A model generated the notes under the pieces. The model ran no database searches, was not told the DNA's origin, and was given only the letters and a program-made list of their open reading frames with translations. From Polyangiales bacterium (lineage in GTDB: Bacteria > Myxococcota_A > Polyangia > Polyangiales > Houyiibacteriaceae), in NCBI GenBank assembly GCA_045106895.1, contig JBGCFM010000267.1, positions 1 to 30,262 of the forward strand: DNA of 30,262 bases, in the 5' to 3' direction. Below are positions 18,546 to 26,360 of the stretch, piece after piece (the first letter of the stretch is position 1; each line of letters starts with the position of its first letter). The translations under genes were made by a program, and so were the position numbers.

Positions 18546-20738
18546 TCAGTCCGGAGCGATGAGCGCACCCGGAGCCTGGTTCTTTGCCCAGAGCCAGGCC
18601 GAACCTCCACGGTGCTGCCACACAAAAGCGCGGCTGTTTCCTGCGGAGAATCGCGGAACGGCGCCCCCGCATCCACATGTCGAGGCACCGATGAAGTCGT
18701 AGACGCCGTTGAGGAAGCCTTCGACCCATTCCCGGTACGCTTCCTGGGCCTCCACGTCTTCGGAAAGGTAACGCGCGAGCCAGAAGACCTTCGCGATCTC
18801 CGGCGAGTGCTGTTCCATTCCGCCGTTCCCGTCGATGAAGCCCATCTGCTCTTGGGTCCACTCCCCCGCGCTCCCGCCATAGCGGTAGACTCGATTGCTC
18901 GGGTTGAGGTCGTCGGAGCAGTTCCAGCTGCTGTCACCGTGCCTCAAAGAAAGCGTCACTTCCGCCGGACTGTCCGCTTCGATGTTCCCGTCACCGACGA
19001 GCACGCGCGAAGTCACCGTGCCTTGAATCCGAATGGCGGCGTTCTCCGAACTACTGCTTCCGCTCACCGTCAAACCGGGACGTGCCGTCGCAATCCAGGC
19101 ATCTCCTTCAGCAAAGTACTCGGCGAAGTCCGTCGTGACGCTATGGAGCTCTCCCGGCGAGCCCGGAACAAAGGTGATGTCGCTGGCCGTGACCTCACGA
19201 ATCGTTTCGCGACCATGACCAAGGAGCGCGTCGTTCTGAAGATAGTTCGCCGCGTCCAAAATAGACTGCCGCGCCGCCGGCCTGCCGAAGATGAGCCAGT
19301 CTTGCCAAGCGGCGTCGACGAGAATCGACATCATCCATGGCGAAGCCCAGGCCACACCTCCGCCATAGCCTTCATGCTGCGAAGTCGTGTGGTACCAAGA
19401 TCCGTCCGCGACTCCGGGTGGGTTGCTGTCTGACTTGGTGCGCGTTTGGTGCGCATAAAGCCCTTCGCCGGCGTCCGTGATGTGATCGATTTCTTCCAGG
19501 AGGCGATCGTACTCAGCGTCGCCTCCCAACACTTCGTACGCGCTGAGGATCGAAAGGAAGTACATCGCCGCGTGACGCTCGGTCCAATGGTTCATACCCG
19601 CGTGCCAGCGCGAATAGTCGGCTCCCGAGCCGCTGCCCGTGTTTGCGATATGGAAGTCCGCGACGATGGCGATCTTCGGCAACACAGACCGGTCTCCGCT
19701 GAGTAGATAGTAGAGAACCATGCCTTCCGTGGCCTGGTACTTCCCGTCGTAGCGCCCGGTCGCGAGCTGCTTTCGGTTCCAGCCCGTGTCGTCCACATGA
19801 GCCGCATAGTCCGACGCGTTTTCGTAGCCTTTTTGAAGCCACAAGAGTCCATCGTCACTGCTCCCGTTTCGAACGTATTGCTTGAGCAAGGCGGCCGGCC
19901 GATCGAGGAGCCAGGTCTCGTAGCGTGTGTTGTCGTACTCGTCCTGGCCAAGACTGATGCCGCCGGCGGGCCGGGATTCACACGCTCCGGACAGCTCGGG
20001 TTCGCCATGTACGTACACATCGAGCTGCTGTTCGTAGTCCCCATACTCGGGGCGCGTGTAGTCCGCATCGGTGTCCGCGGGCTGCTGGTACCAGGCGACC
20101 AAAGAGCGGCTCAACCACTCGGCGGAAGGCATCACCCAGACCGTCGGCACGTTCCCATCGCCGCTCGGCGCGGGCAGCTGACTCGCCGCGTAGGTCTCTC
20201 CGTCGTGCTCCGGTAGATCCGCCGTCGCCCGCGGAGAGCCGAACTCAAAGTGGTAGTCCTGCGCTCCTTCCGACACGTCGTAGCGAAACTGCACGAGCAC
20301 CGAGCGAAGCGCGTCGGCCTCCGGACGAAAGTGCCAGCGGGCCAGCTCGCTCGTATGCACGGGCACCTCCGATCCGCTCGCGTCGAGCAGGCGAATCAAC
20401 GCGGAGTCGGCGAGCGTGTCTGGCGGAAACGTAAGCCCAAAGCTAACGAGAACCGCCCCCCTCGCCCCCGCCGCCGGTTCCAAACGCAGCGTCTGGTCCA
20501 GTTCGCCATTCGCGATGCCGCCACCGAGGGACGCGTCGGGAGAGTCGACGTCGGGCAGCGCCGCGTCGTCGACGATGGACACATCCGGGAGCGCACTGTC
20601 CGCGTTCGAAGCGTCGGGGACTGCGCCGGGTCCAGCGTCCTGCGGCGAGTTGTCCCCGGAGCAGCCTGTGAGCATCGAAAGACCAAGAGCCAGCGCGAGA
20701 GAAAGACGGGAGCGGCTTCGCAGAGACGACAAATGCAT
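18546..20738 (-). CDS. Lipoprotein with RIFT-barrel-like domain and helical toroid (PcRGLX/YetA lyase-like architecture)
   Basis: Lipobox LTGC and DAG linker. VSFGLTFPPDTL...LLDASGSEVP...LARW...LRSVLVQF fits the RIFT-barrel pattern. WTERH and SPWM motifs lie in the helical region. Confidence 0.7.
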   Translation of the reverse strand: MHLSSLRSRSRLSLALALGLSMLTGCSGDNSPQDAGPGAVPDASNADSALPDVSIVDDAALPDVDSPDASLGGGIANGELDQTLRLEPAAGARGAVLVSFGLTFPPDTLADSALIRLLDASGSEVPVHTSELARWHFRPEADALRSVLVQFRYDVSEGAQDYHFEFGSPRATADLPEHDGETYAASQLPAPSGDGNVPTVWVMPSAEWLSRSLVAWYQQPADTDADYTRPEYGDYEQQLDVYVHGEPELSGACESRPAGGISLGQDEYDNTRYETWLLDRPAALLKQYVRNGSSDDGLLWLQKGYENASDYAAHVDDTGWNRKQLATGRYDGKYQATEGMVLYYLLSGDRSVLPKIAIVADFHIANTGSGSGADYSRWHAGMNHWTERHAAMYFLSILSAYEVLGGDAEYDRLLEEIDHITDAGEGLYAHQTRTKSDSNPPGVADGSWYHTTSQHEGYGGGVAWASPWMMSILVDAAWQDWLIFGRPAARQSILDAANYLQNDALLGHGRETIREVTASDITFVPGSPGELHSVTTDFAEYFAEGDAWIATARPGLTVSGSSSSENAAIRIQGTVTSRVLVGDGNIEADSPAEVTLSLRHGDSSWNCSDDLNPSNRVYRYGGSAGEWTQEQMGFIDGNGGMEQHSPEIAKVFWLARYLSEDVEAQEAYREWVEGFLNGVYDFIGASTCGCGGAVPRFSAGNSRAFVWQHRGGSAWLWAKNQAPGALIAPD

Positions 20739-20832
20739 GGACCGACACTAGTCCGCTAGAGCCACAGCCACGCGGACAGAGACTGCGCGCCATGCAAGCG
20801 CCCTTCACCACCGTCCGGCAACCCATGACCCG

Positions 20833-22614
20833 TCAGCGGACGAGGTCAAAGATCGTCAGTTCGTCGTCGAGGTCGCTGGTGATGTAGACGCGACCTGCGT
20901 TGACAACGAGACCCTCCGGCTTTCGAATATCGAGCTCCCAGCTCGCCTCGACGCGGAGTTCATCATCGAGGCGGTAGAGGGTCCGATCTTGGTCGCTCAA
21001 CACGTAGACGAGACCCTCGCTCGCATCGATGGCGAGGGCGCTCAAGTCCGCAGCGAAGTTGACCCGTTCGCGGAAGAGCTCATCCCCTTCGGTGTCCATC
21101 GCCGCAATGCTCGAGGGGTTGTTTTCCTTCGCGAAGAGCACGTGGCCAGTGCGCGCATCCACGCTCAACCCTTCGATGCCGCTGGCTTCGTCCGCCCATG
21201 CAAAGTGTGTTCGGTCGAGCTCTTCCCCGTCGAAGCTGAGACGTACAATGTCTCCACGGTCTTCATCCGTGACGAGAAGCTCCTGGCGCAGGAGATCGAC
21301 GGCGACGCCTTCCATTCCGCGTACCCCAACCTCGACCTGATCGACTCGAGACCCCTGAAGGTCGAGGAAATAGACGTCGTTGCTCTCGTCCCCAACCACG
21401 AGAAGCTGATCGCCCCAGAGAGCCAAGCCGGAGGGCTCCGCCACATCGATCTCTGCGCGATCTACCTCGAGGAGTTCATCGAGGTCAGGGTTCAACACTC
21501 GGGCCTCTGAAGCGTCGCTCCCATCGGCGAAGTACGAGCGAACCAGGTAGTCAGTTCTCAGATCCGGCGCCGAAACGGAACCGACCCAAAGGTCCTCATC
21601 ATCGTCGTAGCGAAGAGGCACCACGGAACCGTCTAGTTCAAGGTCCACGGCCGCCGCGTAGTGCTCCGGCGTGCGGTGCCGGAAGCGAACTTCAATGGTG
21701 TCACCATCGACAATTCGGTGGCGCCGGTAGCTGTCGTCGCCCGTTGGCGCGTCGCCGCCGTTTCGCCGGCTCTGCTCGTCCAAGGCTGCGGCTCCCCGCG
21801 CGACGTCGAGGTGGCAGTCCTCGTCGTCAAAGCACAAGATCGCAGCGTCGAGGGCATCGTCATATGCGTTGCGAACACGCGCTGAGTAGAGTGCGTTTCG
21901 AAGGCCGCCGGTCGTTGACGCACCGACCTCAACGAAGGCGACGACACTCTCTTCGTCAAGCTCCGCAAAAGCGACGGGCCCGCCGCTCACTTCGAGGAAA
22001 GCGTTCGCCGCACCGAGCGTCCCTGCATCGAAGGTCTCGTCAAAACCGCGCAGCATCGACACGCCTTGTCGCCCCAGTGCTTCGCGAAGTCTCTCTCGCT
22101 CGCTCTCATCGCGGAGCACGCGTCCGTCGTCATCGAAGTGCCGCTGGAGGAAACGGTCACCGACGTGCTCGACGAGAGCATAACGAACCATCGTGGCGCC
22201 ATCTTCGGCGTGCTCTGCGGACCCGACGCGGGGCGCTGGCAAGCCCATCGCCTCAGCGAGGCGGTACTCAGCGCGAAGCTCTGTCCACTCGCGTTCGACG
22301 AGCAGCAGGCTCCGCATCGTCGCAAAGCGGTCACCTCGATCGAGCCTGTAGCGTCGATACGCGCCGGGATGGTCTTCCACCTCGACGTCGTCGTAGCGCG
22401 CGCTCTCGCCCTCACCCTCAATGATCAAGCGTTGCCGCTGAGAATCATACGTGAGGGACCACTCGACTTCGTCGAAGGAGATCCCGTCAGCCTTCCCCGT
22501 CAGCCCAGAGAAGGGGTCATAGTCCGCGTCGGGAGCGGGAGGCTCAGTGCTGCAGGCGCTCGCGAAGGAACACGCCAGCAAGACGCACAGCAGGAGTCGG
22601 GCGCGGAGCGGCAA
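20833..22614 (-). CDS. Lipoprotein: degenerate CotH-kinase-like domain + Ig-like domain + SdiA-regulated/YjiK-type beta-propeller
   Basis: Lipobox ASAC, then GKADG. YRLAEAMGLPAPR...YALVEHVGDRFLQRHFDDDG is CotH-like. Propeller blades EPSGL, GMEGV, GIEGL, DLSAL, KPEGL. TTG start lies 3 nt after the upstream stop. Confidence 0.75.
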   Translation of the reverse strand: MPLRARLLLCVLLACSFASACSTEPPAPDADYDPFSGLTGKADGISFDEVEWSLTYDSQRQRLIIEGEGESARYDDVEVEDHPGAYRRYRLDRGDRFATMRSLLLVEREWTELRAEYRLAEAMGLPAPRVGSAEHAEDGATMVRYALVEHVGDRFLQRHFDDDGRVLRDESERERLREALGRQGVSMLRGFDETFDAGTLGAANAFLEVSGGPVAFAELDEESVVAFVEVGASTTGGLRNALYSARVRNAYDDALDAAILCFDDEDCHLDVARGAAALDEQSRRNGGDAPTGDDSYRRHRIVDGDTIEVRFRHRTPEHYAAAVDLELDGSVVPLRYDDDEDLWVGSVSAPDLRTDYLVRSYFADGSDASEARVLNPDLDELLEVDRAEIDVAEPSGLALWGDQLLVVGDESNDVYFLDLQGSRVDQVEVGVRGMEGVAVDLLRQELLVTDEDRGDIVRLSFDGEELDRTHFAWADEASGIEGLSVDARTGHVLFAKENNPSSIAAMDTEGDELFRERVNFAADLSALAIDASEGLVYVLSDQDRTLYRLDDELRVEASWELDIRKPEGLVVNAGRVYITSDLDDELTIFDLVR

Positions 22615-22617
22615 AGA

Positions 22618-23817
22618 TCAGTCCGCCTCGCGAACGACGCCACCTTCCGTGTCTCGAATGGGTGTTCCTTCGGACGTGTTGCCGAAGCGAATTGAAAGTC
22701 CGGGGCGCATCTCGAATCCCCATGCTTCGAGGACGGCGATCGGATCGATGAAGATCGCTTGGCCCTTGGCCGCGCGCTTGCTGATACGCCCGCTCATCTC
22801 GACACCGGTCACGACGCCGTCACGAATGTCGATATGCCCGTGGTAGAGCAGGTGGCGGCAGCCCTCTTCAAACCCAGCATGGGAGTTGCAGCGGCTCAGG
22901 TGTGGGTTCGTCAAGATGAGGTCTTGAAGCTCCGAGCGACGCGAAGCTGGAAGGCAGTGCACCGAGCCATCGCTGAGGATCGCGCAGTTATTGGCCCAGC
23001 GCTGTCCCTGGCTGCCGCGCGCGTAGATGTTTGGATGGTAGGCCTCGTCGTACTGCGAGAGCACGTTACCGGTGCCGCCAACGCCCTGAGCGTAGGTGAC
23101 CTGCTGGTAGTCTTGGCAGTTTCCGCTTCCATCGCACCACTGCTCCGTTTCGGTGCCCGTGATCCGGTCGTAGACAGCGTCCACGTCGGCGATGTCGGCG
23201 GCGAGCGCCTCTGGCGTGACCTCGGTGTAGTCGAAAGTCATGTTCCCGACGGGAGGCGTCGTGGAGAGGTAGGGGTTCCAAACGGGTTCACCGGTGGACT
23301 CTTTGATCTCTTGGACATCGTAGGCGATAGCGCCGTGGAGTCGGGCGCGAGCGACGAGCTCACGGACCGCAGGTGGGATCTCCGTGTCGCCGTAGGAGAT
23401 GCCTTCTTCGAGGCTCTCGGTTTCGTAGTCGAAGAGGTTCGCGACGTACGCGAGGTCATTCGCGATCTCGTAGGCGTCCGCCGTCACCTCGTAGGAAGTG
23501 TCCCGAAGAGCCAAGCGAATCGCGCGCATCTCACCGTTACCGACGCGGTCGCCGGCGGCGTCAAAGGCGTCCCGAACGTCGTCGCCGTCAAAGACGCCGT
23601 CTCCCGTGGAGATAGCGATGGCGGACTCGACGCCTTCACGGTCGAACTTTCCGACGTCGGCTTCACCTTGTCCGTCCCATTCGGGAATGACGTCTTCCTG
23701 GTCGACGCCGCCGCACGCGATGACACCGCAAGGTGGTGAGTCGGCAGCTTCAGCGGCGCAGCCGACGGTGGGAAGGCCAAGAGCGAGGAGGAGGATCAGC
23801 GATCGGTAACGGGTCAC
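22618..23817 (-). CDS. Acidic hypothetical lipoprotein
   Basis: Lipobox TVGC, then GKFD, an EF-hand-like DGVFDGDDV and paired cysteines. Confidence 0.75.
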   Translation of the reverse strand: MTRYRSLILLLALGLPTVGCAAEAADSPPCGVIACGGVDQEDVIPEWDGQGEADVGKFDREGVESAIAISTGDGVFDGDDVRDAFDAAGDRVGNGEMRAIRLALRDTSYEVTADAYEIANDLAYVANLFDYETESLEEGISYGDTEIPPAVRELVARARLHGAIAYDVQEIKESTGEPVWNPYLSTTPPVGNMTFDYTEVTPEALAADIADVDAVYDRITGTETEQWCDGSGNCQDYQQVTYAQGVGGTGNVLSQYDEAYHPNIYARGSQGQRWANNCAILSDGSVHCLPASRRSELQDLILTNPHLSRCNSHAGFEEGCRHLLYHGHIDIRDGVVTGVEMSGRISKRAAKGQAIFIDPIAVLEAWGFEMRPGLSIRFGNTSEGTPIRDTEGGVVREAD

Positions 23818-23828
23818 ACCCCGTGATT

Positions 23829-23844
23829 AGCATCGATCATGCCA
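23829..23844 (-). promoter_or_regulatory. Sigma54 (-24/-12) promoter for the 23817-22614 operon
   Basis: Minus strand reads TGGCATGATCGATGCT (GG-N10-GC). Predicted +1 is near 23818, adjacent to the GTG start. Confidence 0.7.
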
Positions 23845-23985
23845 CCCTTTGAAGCACCTCTTCCCCAACAGTTTTGGGGCATGGTGGCTAGTTAGTAAGC
23901 CACCTCGTTGGCAAGTGTCAGCGGAGATGGGGTCGCTGGACACCATTCATAGGCCGAAAAGTGCGAGAGTTTGCTCTTTGATCTC

Positions 23986-24001
23986 TGGCCTGATCTTTGC
24001 T
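23986..24001 (+). promoter_or_regulatory. Sigma54 (-24/-12) promoter for the 24014 gene
   Basis: TGGCCTGATCTTTGCT (GG-N10-GC, with TTGC). Predicted +1 is near 24012, just before ATG 24014. Confidence 0.7.
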
Positions 24002-24013
24002 CTAAAGCGTTCC

Positions 24014-26275
24014 ATGAAACGTGCGAAGCGACTTCTTCTAACTTGCGTTCTAGCCCTCACGGCCTGCTCTGAACCTGCGCCCGTCTACCTCGACGACGCA
24101 GATGAGTCTTTTGGAGGCTCCCTTCTCAAGGCAGATGGCACCTACGAGGAGTGCGTCGTGCTCGAGGTTCTTGAGCTGGTGAACGAGGCCACAAGCGATG
24201 TGCCGTTCTTCCAGAGCCTTGGACTGCGCAGCGACGCCGGAGAGAACATCGTCGCTCACCGCCACGGCCCGGACGGAATGCCAGGCACCGGCGATGACGA
24301 CATCTTCGACGACCTGCAAGAGCTCGACGACATTCGTTACGTCGGCCCAGCTTCTATGGAAGCGCTGACGAACGCCGTCGCCGCACGCTGCGAAGACGAC
24401 CTCGACTCACGCCCCTACATGGACGCCACCACCTTCGCAGGCTCCACCGGCGGCGGCTGGAGTCGTGACAACACGGAGCTCGAAGCCACCTTCGCCATCG
24501 ACGGAATCACCGGCCAGCAGCTACGCGACATCCTGGTCAGCACCGATAGCCGCGACCGAACGATCTTTAGCCGCCTTCGACGCGGTAAGCTGATGGAAGC
24601 CTTCACCGCCTCCTACGCCATCGACGAGATGCCTTGGGACAGCGACAGCCACAACGCACGTGAAGCTCTGCCTTACGTTCCGCTTACCATCGAGCGCGGC
24701 CGCTACGAGCCCGACGACGACGGCGCGCGCGAGCTAAGCCTCGGCACAGACATCAACGACGACATCTACTACGACACCGACGAGTACGTCCTCCTCGGCG
24801 AAGAGATCGTTGTCCGCGGCCGTGTTCGTCACGACAGCGCCACGGAGATTCGCCGGCTCCTCATCGCCGCCAAGTTTGGCACCGTGATCGGCGAAGACGG
24901 CATCAAGCGCACCGGCAAGGTCGACGTGCGTACGGACAGCCCTGACCGATTCGTCGGTACCTTCGATGAAGACGTTCGACGCGGACGCGTCAACTGGGCC
25001 GGCAGCGACACCCCCGTCGAACCTCTTCGCGCGGTGTACGAGTACCTCGACGAGCGCGGCCTTCTGCCAGACATCAGCGGACGCGAAAACGTGCTCCTGC
25101 TCGAGCCCATGGTGCACCTTCGCTCCACGCGTAGCCGCTACCACCTTGACGTCGCCTCCCAGCGTTCCGTGCAGGGGTTGATTCGCAACGGAGACACTCG
25201 CATTCAGGCCGCCATCGACTTGGCTCAGACCGCCATTGCTGAAGACCGCATCAGCGCAGCCGACTTGGCCGAGGTGAACGACTTCATCGCTCTGGCTGAA
25301 CGAACCTTGAGCGGCGAAGAGATCGCGGCTCGACTTGGCTCAGCGCCAGCAGCACTGCCCGTCAACTTCCCCTCCCGCGCGAGCGACGGAGCGGAGCTTG
25401 AGGCGAACAAGACCATCACCGAAGCTGTGGACGTTCTCTACCACGATGTCGCCGAAGCCCTCGACGACATCGACCGCGCGATCACCGGAACTTCCGGACT
25501 CGATTACGACGAGTACGCGGACATGTTCGAGGATTTTGCTCGGGCCAACAACACGTCGCTTCGACTCAAGCGCACCATTCAGCCATTCCTCGCCTTCTAC
25601 CAGCAGCTCGACATGGCTGACGGACGCGTAACCTTCTCGGACTACGCCGAAGCTGAGTTCATGGCCGGAAACGAGGACTTCGAAGACTGGCAGGGTCTTG
25701 ACGACGAGAAGTGGGGAGCACTCGGCGCGCACCTCGAATACGAGATGCTCAAGATCTCCAAGCGACAGATCGAATACGCCGGCACCGCTGGCAACATGAT
25801 GTGGTTCGACCAAGCCCGCGCGCACTACGTGCCTGCTTCTTCGCGACCATCCGGCAACTTCCTCATCGACACCTTCGACATGACGGAGATGGTCACCCAC
25901 GAGATGTGGAGCACCATCACCGAAGACGAGCGCCGCATCGACCAGCCTCTTGATCCTGCGAAGATCTTCCACACGGTTCTCGTCAACGAGGTTCAGATCG
26001 AGCTTGGCCAGGAGACAGCGTTCGTGGAGCGCGTTGGAGCTCTCACGGAGATCATCGAGAGCGGAATGGGCACGCCCGAAGACGAAGCGAACCTCGAAGG
26101 CGCTCGATTCGTTCTCGCCCAGTACGTCACGCTCATGCAGAGCCTCGCGGAGCTGAAGGGCGAGCCCATCATGGACCGTCTCGAAGACGAAGGCGCACCG
26201 AACACCATCGCTTGGAGCCCAGCGGAGTACGGCAAGGGCGAGACCGCTCTGCGCCGCCTCGCGGACCTCGACTAG
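24014..26275 (+). CDS. Lipoprotein with helix-hairpin-helix domain and expanded CYTH (triphosphate tunnel)-like domain
   Basis: Lipobox LTAC, then LKADG. HhH segment GLRSDAGENIVAHR...FDDLQELDDIRYVGPASMEAL. CYTH-like motifs in order: ELE, NDDIYYDT..L..VRGRVR, AAK, RSTRSRY, LIDTF, NEVQIEL, YGK. Confidence 0.75.
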   Translation: MKRAKRLLLTCVLALTACSEPAPVYLDDADESFGGSLLKADGTYEECVVLEVLELVNEATSDVPFFQSLGLRSDAGENIVAHRHGPDGMPGTGDDDIFDDLQELDDIRYVGPASMEALTNAVAARCEDDLDSRPYMDATTFAGSTGGGWSRDNTELEATFAIDGITGQQLRDILVSTDSRDRTIFSRLRRGKLMEAFTASYAIDEMPWDSDSHNAREALPYVPLTIERGRYEPDDDGARELSLGTDINDDIYYDTDEYVLLGEEIVVRGRVRHDSATEIRRLLIAAKFGTVIGEDGIKRTGKVDVRTDSPDRFVGTFDEDVRRGRVNWAGSDTPVEPLRAVYEYLDERGLLPDISGRENVLLLEPMVHLRSTRSRYHLDVASQRSVQGLIRNGDTRIQAAIDLAQTAIAEDRISAADLAEVNDFIALAERTLSGEEIAARLGSAPAALPVNFPSRASDGAELEANKTITEAVDVLYHDVAEALDDIDRAITGTSGLDYDEYADMFEDFARANNTSLRLKRTIQPFLAFYQQLDMADGRVTFSDYAEAEFMAGNEDFEDWQGLDDEKWGALGAHLEYEMLKISKRQIEYAGTAGNMMWFDQARAHYVPASSRPSGNFLIDTFDMTEMVTHEMWSTITEDERRIDQPLDPAKIFHTVLVNEVQIELGQETAFVERVGALTEIIESGMGTPEDEANLEGARFVLAQYVTLMQSLAELKGEPIMDRLEDEGAPNTIAWSPAEYGKGETALRRLADLD

Positions 26276-26299
26276 AACGGAGACAACCTCGTTCTCTTG

Positions 26300-26328
26300 A
26301 CGGAGGAGCCACCAGGCTCCTCCGTTTT
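26300..26328 (+). terminator. Rho-independent terminator between convergent genes
   Basis: Perfect 11-bp stem ACGGAGGAGCC-ACCA-GGCTCCTCCGT followed by TTT, 24 nt after the stop at 26275. Confidence 0.8.
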
Positions 26329-26360
26329 CAATTGTGCCGACTACACGACTGCACGACTAC

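Noticed and set aside
18500..18548. Selenocysteine recoding of the TGA at 18546-18548
   Set aside because: No convincing SECIS-like hairpin follows the TGA and there is no redox-motif context.
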